NCBI GenBank assembly: GCA_029907255.1
Contig: JARYMF010000006.1
Span: 70,426-134,425 of the forward strand
DNA from: Armatimonadota bacterium
Lineage (GTDB): Bacteria > Armatimonadota > UBA5829 > DTJY01
DNA length: 64,000 bases
Direction: 5' to 3'
The notes below the pieces were generated by a model, which made no database searches, had not been told where the DNA came from, and was given only the letters and a program-made list of their open reading frames with translations. Positions 53,487 to 62,697 of the stretch are shown here, one piece after another. The position numbers were made by a program, and so were the translations under genes. Numbering within the stretch: position 1 is the stretch's first letter; each line of letters begins with the position of its first letter.

Positions 53487-54936
53487 AGTAGGCTTACCAG
53501 TGCGTAAAATCTTTCTACTAACCCTCAGCATACTGCTAACCGTACATTCAGCGCACGCGGAGGAGGAAAATAAACCCAATGAGGTGCGCATCGTAGCTGA
53601 TTTTGAGAGCTACGATTTCGAAACCGAAGATTTTACTGCACAAGGCAATGTTAAGGTCACCTACGGCGACATTGACCTTATTGCAGAAAAAGTCAGCGGC
53701 AATGCCGGAACAGGAGCATTGGAAGCCATAGGAGGCGTCGAGTTCAGGCAGGGCGATCGCCTCCTAAAGAGTGGCAGCTTTTCGTACAACTTCATTACTG
53801 GCGAGGGACTAGCTAGTGACGCTACAGCCGTCTTGGATAACTTCTATTTTAAAGGCAAGGAGCTAAAGTCACAAGAAGCAAAATACACTATTTCAGACTC
53901 CGTCTTCACAACCTGCGATCGCCCAAAACCGCACTACTACTTAGCAGCACGCGAGCTTTCCTTCATCCCAGGGCAGAAGTTAACTGCCCGCCACGTCTCG
54001 ATATACCTTTTTGGCAACCATATTATCTCCGTCCCAAAATACACCGTTAAACTAACAAAGAAAAAGCGACAATTCAAACTGCCACAAATAGGCATAAGCA
54101 GAACGTATGGTCTCCACGCTGGCAGCAAGTTCAATCTTTCATATGGGCCAAATACCACCGGAACTCTGGATATAATAATCTCTACAAGACAAATGTTCCA
54201 AGGCGGGTTCGAATTCCAAAGGATTGCTGGAAAGCCGTTCAGCGCAAATCTGACTTACAGACAACCTTACTATGGTGGCCTTAGATCAGATTTGCTCTTA
54301 TCTCGCTTGCCTGAAATCACCTACAGGTTCTATTCCACTGATATGGAAGAACAAGCGGAGGATGCCGCTCAACCCGAAATAATGTTGATACGTCTTTTGA
54401 GTGCCGAAACACCTCCCAAACAAGAACAAAAGCTTAGTTTCATAGGGCAAGTTGGCATTGGGCAGTTTATCGAGGAGCCGAACCATATTAAAGCTACCCG
54501 ATTTGATATTCGCGGAATTGCGTGGCTTAGACCCTACACTATTGGCAACCGTACTTATTTGTCTCCTGCCATCTCGTTCCGCCAGTCATTCTATAACAAC
54601 GGAGATAGCTATACGGACCTAGGATTCCGCTTGGCCGCGGCACGAGCAATGGGCAAGAATGCATATATTTCGGCAGTATATGCCAACCACGCCATTGGGG
54701 GCTCAACACCATTCAAGTTCGACCCAATCGAGATACCCCATGAGCTCGCGGCAAAGATTGGTTTTCCATTGGGAACTTTTAAGGTGGAATTTGGAGGAAG
54801 ATACAACCTTTCGGATAGGAGGCTCTTTGATTCGGAAATTTCCATTGCTAAAACAATACATTGCATTGAACCAAAAATTACTTGGCAAAGCCGCTTCAAA
54901 GAAATTTCTCTTGATGTTTCCCTGCTTGGATTTTAG
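53473..54936 (+). CDS. LptD/OstA-like outer-membrane protein (OstA-N domain + beta-barrel, short form)
   Basis: Signal peptide (V)RKIFLLTLSILLTVHSAHA, an OstA-N-like beta-jellyroll (GNVKVTYGDIDLIAEKV...GGVEFRQGDRLLKSGSF) and an aromatic-rich C-terminus ending LLGF. The start is a GTG at 53473 or 53500, overlapping the end of the HerA-like gene. Confidence 0.5.
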   Translation: MISHKVGLPVRKIFLLTLSILLTVHSAHAEEENKPNEVRIVADFESYDFETEDFTAQGNVKVTYGDIDLIAEKVSGNAGTGALEAIGGVEFRQGDRLLKSGSFSYNFITGEGLASDATAVLDNFYFKGKELKSQEAKYTISDSVFTTCDRPKPHYYLAARELSFIPGQKLTARHVSIYLFGNHIISVPKYTVKLTKKKRQFKLPQIGISRTYGLHAGSKFNLSYGPNTTGTLDIIISTRQMFQGGFEFQRIAGKPFSANLTYRQPYYGGLRSDLLLSRLPEITYRFYSTDMEEQAEDAAQPEIMLIRLLSAETPPKQEQKLSFIGQVGIGQFIEEPNHIKATRFDIRGIAWLRPYTIGNRTYLSPAISFRQSFYNNGDSYTDLGFRLAAARAMGKNAYISAVYANHAIGGSTPFKFDPIEIPHELAAKIGFPLGTFKVEFGGRYNLSDRRLFDSEISIAKTIHCIEPKITWQSRFKEISLDVSLLGF

Positions 54937-55052
54937 GGTGCTTAACTAATATGCTTTTCAGTCAAAGCTTCTTTAACCTTAGAAAGCAAACAGCCCACCC
55001 AGAAAATAGAGTGGGCTGAAGAATCACTTCTCGAACGTTACCCTGGACAGGC

Positions 55053-55373
55053 TTAGTCGTCGTAACCTTCGTCCAGGTCGTCCTCGAACTCCTCATCTTC
55101 CCCGTCGTCCCAGCCTTCTTCGAGGCGGCTCTGAGCAACTCGTGCCTCAGCAGCTTCCCAATCCAGATCGGAGAATGGCTCGTGCTCTTGCTCCTTGAAT
55201 ATCGGACCATGAACTGGGCACACAATCGCACGAGTCCTGTTTGCAAACGTCCAGATTACTTCGAGTATTTCCGAGCAGCCGTCATGCGGGCAAACGGGGT
55301 GCTCATTGTGATAGAGAGCGGCTTCTGCGATTCGCAGAACCTCCTTTGCGTATGCATCCCTGGTCATGCTCAT
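55053..55373 (-). CDS. hypothetical small Cys/His-containing protein with poly-acidic C-terminus
   Basis: 106 aa. The RBS AAGGA sits about 10 nt upstream. There is a CPHDGC...CPVHG putative metal site, and the tail is DDGEDEEFEDDLDEGYDD. Confidence 0.45.
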   Translation of the reverse strand: MSMTRDAYAKEVLRIAEAALYHNEHPVCPHDGCSEILEVIWTFANRTRAIVCPVHGPIFKEQEHEPFSDLDWEAAEARVAQSRLEEGWDDGEDEEFEDDLDEGYDD

Positions 55374-55452
55374 GATAAGTTCATCCTTTAGACAGCTATG
55401 ATGGACAGAAATTCGCGCTTAACGCGCCCATCACAGCGTGGTTTGGAATGTT

Positions 55453-55481
55453 TTGACAGTTTGCGCCATTGATATTATAAC
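55453..55481 (+). promoter_or_regulatory. orphan sigma-70-like promoter TTGACA-17-TATAAC with no downstream ORF
   Basis: Read directly. The next 570 nt on the + strand encode only a 20-codon ORF and end at the hairpin 56055..56084. Confidence 0.3.
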
Positions 55482-56054
55482 GTTTATTCAAAGGAATTGC
55501 AAGGCTTCCATGAAAGTTGGCGGCAAACAATTTGCTATAAAGCGACAGCAAAGTAAACCTTTACTTTTAAATACGCCAACAATGGACTTTTGGTTCCACC
55601 ATAGCTCGAAAATCAGCAGTTTGTTTTCAAAAATATCCTGCTAACGCCCCGCAATATCAACTGATTTTTCCTGCTGCCACTTATTTGAAAAATTCAATTG
55701 AGATTTTAGGATGCAAAAAGCCTAATTTTCTCAACGAATTGCCCATGTGTGTGACAATTCACAGGACACGCCTGTAAGTACATGTGGGCTTGTTGCGGAG
55801 AGACCCCCAGCATTCCCAAACAATTAAATATCCTCGGCCTTTTAAGTAATAACATCTGGAAACCAGATCTTCGCCGCACTCAGGGCATTTGCCTCGGATG
55901 GAAGCCGGATCTGGTCGATCATTTGTTCGGGTATTTTTCTTAATGCAAACGTGTTTCAAATAGATCAACCTTTCGAGAACGGGTGAAGTTGTACTAGACA
56001 ATTGTATACTAATTGCAAATGGCTGTCAATTGTAGGCGAGTCTAAGCAAAAGGG

Positions 56055-56084
56055 ACCGGCAAGCTTGACCTTGCCAGTCCCTCA
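56055..56084. terminator. stem-loop downstream of secG (-)
   Basis: GGGACCGGCAAG-cttgac-CTTGCCAGTCCC with one mismatch. On the minus strand it is followed by TTTTGCTT. Confidence 0.45.
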
Positions 56085-56105
56085 AGAAAGGGGTCAAGAG
56101 GATAT

Positions 56106-56354
56106 CTACGCTCCAGCTCTTATGCTAATCCAATAAAGGAGTGCGCTCGTAACTGCAAAACCCACTGCTGACCACTTTGTGAGCTGTGAAAGCTTTTCAT
56201 CAAGCCCAGGCTTCCCCTTGAAAGTTGCTGAAGCCTTGCCACCAATTGTACCGGTCAGGCCCTCGCTCTTAGTTGTTTGTAGCATGACCAATACAATGAG
56301 TACGAGAGCGCTCACAAACTGCACGACGGTCAAAATTAGCGAAAAAGCACCCAA
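56106..56354 (-). CDS. secG: preprotein translocase subunit SecG
   Basis: 82 aa with two TM helices flanking a Gly-rich loop (LQTTKSEGLTGTIGGKASATFKG). Confidence 0.65.
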   Translation of the reverse strand: MGAFSLILTVVQFVSALVLIVLVMLQTTKSEGLTGTIGGKASATFKGKPGLDEKLSQLTKWSAVGFAVTSALLYWISIRAGA

Positions 56355-56441
56355 TCAAATCCACCTCATTTCAGGTACTGCCCATCGAAACAGTAAAACT
56401 ATACCATTAATGGTGATGGTTGTCAACTGACACACTTTGAC

Positions 56442-56627
56442 TTAAGCCGATTCGGTTGTCTTCTTTTCCTTCTCTTCTTCTTCGTCTTCGTCAAGCAGAC
56501 CCTTCGACGATTTCTTGAACTCTTTGATACCTTGGCCCAGTGACCTGCCCAGCTCAGGCAGTTTTTTTGCACCGAACAAGAGAAGGATTATCACGAGGAT
56601 AATTATCAGTTCCTGACCGTGTGGCAT
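56442..56627 (-). CDS. tatA: twin-arginine translocase subunit TatA/E
   Basis: 61 aa with an N-terminal TM followed by [22 protein letters not shown] and an acidic tail. Confidence 0.8.
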   Translation of the reverse strand: MPHGQELIIILVIILLLFGAKKLPELGRSLGQGIKEFKKSSKGLLDEDEEEEKEKKTTESA

Positions 56628-56659
56628 AATAAAGTCACTTCCTTTCTCTTTATAGATTG

Positions 56660-56839
56660 TTAATCTTCATCATCTGCGGTAATTTCCTCAACCGACGATG
56701 TGAATTCTCTGGCCGCCTTCTTCAGCTCCCGAATTGCTTTTCCCATCGTTCGCCCGATTTCCGGAAGTTTCTTTGGACCGAAAAACAATAACGCCAGGAG
56801 CATAATTACAAAAATTTCGGGGAACTGTATGGATCCCAT
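56660..56839 (-). CDS. second TatA/TatB-family paralogue
   Basis: [41 protein letters not shown] is the same fold. The start is taken at the internal Met. Confidence 0.7.
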   Translation of the reverse strand: MGSIQFPEIFVIMLLALLFFGPKKLPEIGRTMGKAIRELKKAAREFTSSVEEITADDED

Positions 56840-56854
56840 TTCCAACACCACCTG

Positions 56855-57823
56855 TTAAATACGCTCCAGCTCCACTTCCTCCGCAAGCCTATAGATATCT
56901 TCACGAGAGCAAAAGCCCGCCCCGTAAGTCATCGCATTTGCCGCACCAGCTGCAGTTCCCAGCCGCAAAGCTTCTTCCGGCGCCGCACCCTGGCTAAGAG
57001 CGTAGACTACTGCCGCCGCTAAAGCATCGCCGGACCCAACTGCGCTGACAAAATTAATTTCTGGCGATTTTGCACGCCAAACAACATCATCTGTGGCGAT
57101 TAGCGCTCCATCGCGTCCGAAGGTCACAATCATCATTTCAATACCCTGCCTAACGAATTCGCATGCGGCATCTGCTGCTTCTTCAATCGTGCCAAGTTGG
57201 CGCCCAACAATTGCGGACAACTCGTGGATATTAGGTTTTGCCATGAACGGGAGCGCCTTGAATCCTTCTGCAAGCGGAGCACCATTGCCATCGAGAACGC
57301 AGCGCACATCGTACTGGCGAGCAATCTCAATCATATCCCGATAAATCGAATCCGGCACGCCCGGAGGAGTGCTGCCGGAAAGCACAGCAAACTCCATTCC
57401 AGGAACAAGGCTTTCAAACTTAAGCTTGAGCCTCTCAACCTCATCGGCGGTTATATTTGGGCCTATCTCATTCAATTCGGTTTGTGTCCGATTGACGGGG
57501 TCGAGAATTGCTATGCAAACGCGCGACTCCTCTTTGGTGCGCACAAAATCTGCCTTCAGCCCTTCAGCCCGCAAAGCTTCTAGGATGAATTCCCCGTTGT
57601 GGCCGCCAACAAAGCCAGTTGCAATCGCCTCGCCACCAAGCTCCTTGTAAACCCGTGCTACATTTATGCCCTTACCGCCGGCTACGATTCGCCATTCGCT
57701 GGGTCGGTGAACACGGTCTATTGAGAAATTCTCAACTGTATATGTCTTATCAACTGCAGTGTTTGGTGTAACAGTAAGAATCACAGAGAGCCATTCTCCA
57801 AAATAGGTGAAAATAATTGACAA
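56855..57823 (-). CDS. 1-phosphofructokinase / tagatose-6-phosphate kinase-type PfkB sugar kinase
   Basis: TPNTAVDKTY...GGKGINVA N-terminus and C-terminal GSGDALAAAVVYAL. Confidence 0.75.
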   Translation of the reverse strand: MSIIFTYFGEWLSVILTVTPNTAVDKTYTVENFSIDRVHRPSEWRIVAGGKGINVARVYKELGGEAIATGFVGGHNGEFILEALRAEGLKADFVRTKEESRVCIAILDPVNRTQTELNEIGPNITADEVERLKLKFESLVPGMEFAVLSGSTPPGVPDSIYRDMIEIARQYDVRCVLDGNGAPLAEGFKALPFMAKPNIHELSAIVGRQLGTIEEAADAACEFVRQGIEMMIVTFGRDGALIATDDVVWRAKSPEINFVSAVGSGDALAAAVVYALSQGAAPEEALRLGTAAGAANAMTYGAGFCSREDIYRLAEEVELERI

Positions 57824-57854
57824 GGATGCTGCAAACTGTTATACTTTACTTGCC

Positions 57855-57941
57855 TGCCGAAGTGGCGGAATGGCAGACGCGCATGGTTCAGGACCATGTG
57901 CCCGCAAGGGCGTGCGAGTTCAACTCTCGCCTTCGGCACCA
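57855..57941 (+). tRNA. tRNA-Leu (anticodon CAG)
   Basis: GCCGAAGTGGCGGAATGGCAGACGCGCATGGTTCAGGACCATGTGCCCGCAAGGGCGTGCGAGTTCAACTCTCGCCTTCGGCACCA, with anticodon loop TTCAGGA. Confidence 0.85.
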
Positions 57942-58052
57942 GCTACGTCAAGGCGCAGGGTGGTATCCCTGTGCCTTTTATTTTTCAACCCCATTGTAAA
58001 CCTCCAATCTCGAAAAGTCAAGGTTACAAGCAAATTGCACTTTTGTAATGCT

Positions 58053-58081
58053 TGACAACAAGCATTAATGTGGGTATACTC
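58053..58081 (+). promoter_or_regulatory. sigma-70 promoter TTGACA-17-TATACT with an approximately 190 nt leader
   Basis: Read directly upstream of the MgtE-N/CBS gene. The leader has no ORF. Confidence 0.4.
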
Positions 58082-58278
58082 TCTACGGTTAAAATTGGTA
58101 ATAAATGTTTTTTGAGGTGATGGTTGGTGGAAGCCGACCCTGCCAATAGTAATATATACTGCCGCCGAGCGCGCGGCAAAAGGAGGGGGATAGCCTAGAC
58201 TCTTAGATTTCCTAACCCTCGCTTCTTCTTTCTCCTCTCTCGCGTTCGGCCGGCATCATAACGTTTAAGGAGGGTACC

Positions 58279-59565
58279 ATGCAGTTCCTTACGCAGGTGC
58301 TTGGTCGGACAGTATTCGACAGCGTTGGTGAACCGATTGGGAAGGCCCGTGACGTTATAGTCACGCCTGCCGAACCATTGCCAATAGTCTCTGCTTTAGT
58401 CGTCGGAAACGGTGAGGAAAAAATCATCCCCTGGCGACTTGTTCGTGAAGAGGTAGACCGCATCAGCCTGGTGGTGCGCAAGGATAGAATCACCGAATAC
58501 ACTCCCCGTGAAGGCGACATCTGGCTCAGGAAAGAAGTTCTCGACCGCCAAATTGTTGATGTTCACGACTATAAAGTAGTACGCGTGAACGACGTGCGTT
58601 TTATTGAAACTCCAGGCCAAGTACGCCTACTAGGGGTAGATGCATCCACTCGCGGGCTTCTCCGCGAGCTTGGCATCGAATGGCTAGCAAACCTGTTCTA
58701 TGCATTGTTCAAGCGCCAAGTGCCCGAGAAAATCATTGCTTGGGATGATGTTGAAACCCTCGAGCGAGCCACTGGGCCCATCAAACTCAAAATACCGCTT
58801 GAGAAGCTTTCCAAACTGCATCCATCAGACATCGCCGACATCATTGAGCAAATGAACCCTGCTCAGCGCGCCGACGTTATTGAGAGTCTCGACGTCGAGA
58901 CAGCAGCTGACGTTCTCCCTGAAGCGAGTCCCGAAATCCAGGCCGAAATTATTGAGGACATCGACCCCGAACGGGCTTCCGACATTCTTGAGGAGATGGA
59001 CCCAGACGAAGCCGCCGACATTTTAGGCGACTTACCTGAGGATCGCTCTGAGGAACTTCTCCGTGAGATGGAGCCAACGGAAGCAGAAGATGTTCGGGAG
59101 CTACTCAGCTATGGGGATGAAACAGCTGGCGGACTGATGACAACTGACTATGTCGCTATTTCAAGCTCAATGACAGCCCAGCAGACAATTGACTACCTGC
59201 GAGAACTCAAGCCCGATGCAGAAACTATCTACTATCTTTATGTGGTCAACGAAGAAAATAAGCTTGTGGGAGTAATCTCGCTTAGAGATCTTATAGTAGC
59301 CGAGCCAGACACACCAATCGGTAAATTTATGATTACAAGGGTAATCCACGTTCATCCCGAAGCAAGTCTTAGGGAAGCAGCAGAGCTTTTCCAAAAGTAC
59401 AACCTCCTTGCGCTACCGGTTGTAGACTATGATAACGAGCTAAAAGGCATTATAACGGTTGACGATATGTTGGAGCACATACCGGCACACGCATGGCATG
59501 GCCGGCCGGGCCGCAGGCAGACTGCTCCCGAACAGCGGCTACAACATGAAGAGGTAGAAACGTAA
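58279..59565 (+). CDS. cytosolic MgtE-N + tandem CBS domain protein lacking the MgtE transmembrane pore (N-terminal PRC-barrel-like region)
   Basis: 428 aa with the acidic helical MgtE-N repeats (DIADIIEQMNPAQRADVIESLD...DILEEMDPDEAADILGDL) followed by two CBS motifs. There are no TM helices. Confidence 0.7.
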   Translation: MQFLTQVLGRTVFDSVGEPIGKARDVIVTPAEPLPIVSALVVGNGEEKIIPWRLVREEVDRISLVVRKDRITEYTPREGDIWLRKEVLDRQIVDVHDYKVVRVNDVRFIETPGQVRLLGVDASTRGLLRELGIEWLANLFYALFKRQVPEKIIAWDDVETLERATGPIKLKIPLEKLSKLHPSDIADIIEQMNPAQRADVIESLDVETAADVLPEASPEIQAEIIEDIDPERASDILEEMDPDEAADILGDLPEDRSEELLREMEPTEAEDVRELLSYGDETAGGLMTTDYVAISSSMTAQQTIDYLRELKPDAETIYYLYVVNEENKLVGVISLRDLIVAEPDTPIGKFMITRVIHVHPEASLREAAELFQKYNLLALPVVDYDNELKGIITVDDMLEHIPAHAWHGRPGRRQTAPEQRLQHEEVET

Positions 59566-59581
59566 CTTACGGAGACGCCTG

Positions 59582-60835
59582 ATGCGAAACAAACTGAGCA
59601 GGCATAGATTGGCTCCAATATTAGCGGCTATTGGCCCAGGCATCATTGCAGCTAACGCAGACAACGATGCGGGCGGCATTACAACCTACAGCCTGGCCGG
59701 GGCACATTTCGGCTACAGCCTAATTTGGGTGCTCATCCTTATAACCTTTAGCCTAGGTGTTACTCAGGAGATGGGCGCTCGCATGGGCATGGTGACTGGA
59801 AAAGGCTTTGGGGGTCTAATACGCGAAAAATTCGGGGCGCGCTGGGCTGCCTTTGCCATACTTATTATGCTTCTCGCCAATATAGGAACTACTACCGCTG
59901 AATTTTCAGGCATTGCTAGCAGTCTCGAAATTTTTGGCATAAGCAAATATATCAGCATCCCGCTTTCGGTAATTGGCGTGTTCATGCTTGTTGCGCGCTA
60001 TGACTATCGGCGTGTGCAAAGGGTCTTTCTAATCATTAGCATGCTTTATCTTTCATACGTTGCATCAGGATTTCTTGCTCGTCCTAACTGGAACGAGGCC
60101 CTAGTGAGCATAGTAAAGCCAGATATACAGTGGAACTTACCTTATCTAATAATGTTTGTTGGTGTAGTCGGAACTACAATCACACCTTGGGGGCAGTTTT
60201 TTATCCAATCTTACGTTGTAGACAAGCGTCTACGTGCCAAAGATCTTCCTTATGCGAGAGCCGATGTTTACGTCGGGGCATTCTTTACAGACTTCATAGC
60301 GTTTTTCATAATTGTGGCATGTGCGGCAAAGATCTACCCATTGGTAATGCAAGGCTTCAAAATTGAAGATGCTGCCGATGTCGCACTTGCGCTCCAACCA
60401 CTCGCTGGACGCTTTGCTTCCATTTTATTCGGCATAGGACTTCTGAATGCCTCGCTATTAGGTGCGGTAATTCTTCCGCTTACAAGCTCCTATGCTACGG
60501 CAGAAACCTTTGGCTGGGAAGCAGGACTTGACAAGACGCCGCGCGAAGCTCCGATATTCTTTGGCCTTTTCCTTTTCTTTCTGCTCATTCCAAGCCTAAT
60601 TGTTCTGATTCCCGGGCTACCGTTGCTACATTTTATGTTCTATCCTCAGGTTTTAAATGGCATCCTTCTGCCAATAATACTCATATTCGTCCTTAAGATT
60701 ACAAACGACCAATTCTTCATGGGGGAATACACCAACTCGCGGGCGTTTAACATCATCGCACTTATCACTACTATAGGGCTAATCATCCTAACGATACTTC
60801 TTCTTGCAACCCCCCTAATACAAAGATATGCTTGA
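59582..60835 (+). CDS. NRAMP-family divalent metal-ion transporter
   Basis: 417 aa with about 11 TM segments. The TM1 signature is GPGIIAANADNDAGG and TM6 has MGARMGMVTG-type motifs. It starts 16 nt after the previous gene. Confidence 0.85.
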   Translation: MRNKLSRHRLAPILAAIGPGIIAANADNDAGGITTYSLAGAHFGYSLIWVLILITFSLGVTQEMGARMGMVTGKGFGGLIREKFGARWAAFAILIMLLANIGTTTAEFSGIASSLEIFGISKYISIPLSVIGVFMLVARYDYRRVQRVFLIISMLYLSYVASGFLARPNWNEALVSIVKPDIQWNLPYLIMFVGVVGTTITPWGQFFIQSYVVDKRLRAKDLPYARADVYVGAFFTDFIAFFIIVACAAKIYPLVMQGFKIEDAADVALALQPLAGRFASILFGIGLLNASLLGAVILPLTSSYATAETFGWEAGLDKTPREAPIFFGLFLFFLLIPSLIVLIPGLPLLHFMFYPQVLNGILLPIILIFVLKITNDQFFMGEYTNSRAFNIIALITTIGLIILTILLLATPLIQRYA

Positions 60836-60891
60836 TAAGCCGTCTAAATGGACCTCTTGTGAAAAATGCTATTTCACAAAGCGCTTATCAA

Positions 60892-62037
60892 CTACCTTAC
60901 TGCAAGCTCACGAGGCATTTCAGCAAGCTCCACAGTTACCTGCTTGCGCCCACTGTCCCGAACTATCACAATCTCTACCTTTTGGCCAACGCGCGCATTT
61001 CGGATAAAGTTCTCGATAACCGCAGACCCCGTTACCTTCCGGTCGCCTATCTGCACTATAATGTCATCTGGCTTTATACCTGCTTTGTCAGCAGGCCCTC
61101 CTTTAACAACGGCCGCTACAATAACACCTTCTGAGACAGGAAGGCCTAATGCTCGTGCTATCTCCGGTGTAATTTCCCCATAGCTTATTCCAATCCAAGG
61201 CACGATTATTCTCCCATACTTTTGAACATCGCTTATTGCTCTTTGCGCCACGTTTATTGGAATTGCGAAGCCCAGACCTCCTCCACCTTCGCCGCTAACA
61301 AGGGCTGTATTTATGCCCACAACCTCGCCGCTACTATTCAAAAGGGGGCCTCCACTGTTGCCAGGATTGATGGATGCATCTGTCTGGATTAGATCTCTAA
61401 GTGGAGCACCACCCCCAGGAATTACCCTATTAAGTGCGCTTATCACACCAACAGTCACCGTTCTCTCAAATCCCAACGGATTTCCAATAGCAATTGCTTG
61501 CTGTCCCACAAGAAGTTTGTCTGAATCACCTAGCTTTGCAACTTGGAGTCCTCTACGTGGAATCTTCAACAAAGCAATATCAATTCTTGGGTCAGCGCCA
61601 AGCACTTTGGCGGTCATAGGCGCACCAGCACCAAGAGAGACGTCTACCCTATCGGCATTCTCAATTACATGCGCATTTGTAAGTATTAGGCCGTCTTCTC
61701 GAACTATCAACCCGGACCCTAGCCCAGCTCGCACAAGTGGAGCCCCAATTCTCGGTGACTGCATATTGAGGACGCTCACCACCGACGGCCCAACTGTTCG
61801 CGCCACTCTAATGACATTTCTTTCATCTGGGCCCAATGCACTTAAATCTTGCTGGGATGCTGCTGGAGCAGAAGCCCCATCCGCTACTCTGATGTTCTGG
61901 CTAGATGTGCTTGCCTGCCAAACCAGCGCACCCACTGCCATTCCCAGCAAGAAAATTACAATAATCACAATCGCCATGGGTCTTTGCCTAAAACTCGTTT
62001 CCATATGCTCCGCTCCAATCACCCTTGTATTTTCCAT
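60892..62037 (-). CDS. HtrA/DegP-family periplasmic serine protease with PDZ domain
   Basis: N-terminal TM anchor, catalytic triad context TNAHVI...D...GNSGGPLLN, and a C-terminal PDZ domain. Length is 381 aa. Confidence 0.85.
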   Translation of the reverse strand: MENTRVIGAEHMETSFRQRPMAIVIIVIFLLGMAVGALVWQASTSSQNIRVADGASAPAASQQDLSALGPDERNVIRVARTVGPSVVSVLNMQSPRIGAPLVRAGLGSGLIVREDGLILTNAHVIENADRVDVSLGAGAPMTAKVLGADPRIDIALLKIPRRGLQVAKLGDSDKLLVGQQAIAIGNPLGFERTVTVGVISALNRVIPGGGAPLRDLIQTDASINPGNSGGPLLNSSGEVVGINTALVSGEGGGGLGFAIPINVAQRAISDVQKYGRIIVPWIGISYGEITPEIARALGLPVSEGVIVAAVVKGGPADKAGIKPDDIIVQIGDRKVTGSAVIENFIRNARVGQKVEIVIVRDSGRKQVTVELAEMPRELAVR

Positions 62038-62059
62038 CGGACACCTCTATCTAGCCTTC

Positions 62060-62680
62060 CTAGCCAACTAATTTTGAGCTTGCCGTTTTAAAATCCACTA
62101 TCATCAAGCTCTCAATTCTCTCGCGGTCCGCTCCCCTTAGGCGCAGGACATAAGCTGGATGGTAGGTAGCAGTGGTTGGAATTGAAAATTTACTTTGGTA
62201 CCAACGCCCCCTACCATCCTCCATTTTAAAATTCCTTCCAATGAGCGCCTGGGCTGGAACAGCACCAAGGCATACAATTACCTTAGGGGAAACAAATTGA
62301 ACCTCGGCGCTCATCCAAAGATCGCAAGCTTTGATCTCCTCCATACGTGGAGGCCGATTTCGAAGGACATCGTCTACACGCATTGCCGGGCGACATCGAA
62401 CAATGTTTGTAACCCAAATCTGCCCTCGGTCCAAGCCAGCCAAAGAAAGTACCTTATTGAGCTCCCGACCCGCTGCACCAACGAAGGGTTTCCCCTGTTC
62501 ATCTTCCTCACGCCCAGGACCCTCCCCCACTATCATCATTCCGCTCGGCGATGGGCCTTCACCGAACACGACGTTCGTCCGGGTGTAGCACAAGTCACAT
62601 CGGCAACATACAATCGCCTCAGCCCTAACTTCATTTATAGTGCGCCAGTCTTTCTCTCCAGGCATAAAGGTACCATTCAC
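62060..62680 (-). CDS. uracil-DNA glycosylase, family 4 (Fe-S cluster type)
   Basis: CCRCDLC...GEGPG...PFVG motifs characteristic of family 4 UDG. Length is 206 aa. Confidence 0.8.
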   Translation of the reverse strand: MNGTFMPGEKDWRTINEVRAEAIVCCRCDLCYTRTNVVFGEGPSPSGMMIVGEGPGREEDEQGKPFVGAAGRELNKVLSLAGLDRGQIWVTNIVRCRPAMRVDDVLRNRPPRMEEIKACDLWMSAEVQFVSPKVIVCLGAVPAQALIGRNFKMEDGRGRWYQSKFSIPTTATYHPAYVLRLRGADRERIESLMIVDFKTASSKLVG

Positions 62681-62697
62681 CTTATTTATAGCCGCCT

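Noticed and set aside
55759-56001. 80-aa minus-strand ORF with a CPECGE-like motif
   Set aside because: It has a TTG start, no RBS, and lies antisense to a region downstream of a consensus + strand promoter. It is treated as part of a possible ncRNA locus instead.
57807-58055. 82-aa and 60-aa + strand ORFs
   Set aside because: They overlap tRNA-Leu(CAG) at 57855..57941 and the downstream promoter region.
58090-58278. Possible M-box (Mg2+) riboswitch in the leader of the MgtE-N/CBS-NRAMP operon
   Set aside because: Only a vague resemblance (TTGAGGTGATGG versus the M-box TTAGGTGAGGC). It cannot be confirmed without a covariance model and is kept only as a suggestion inside a finding.
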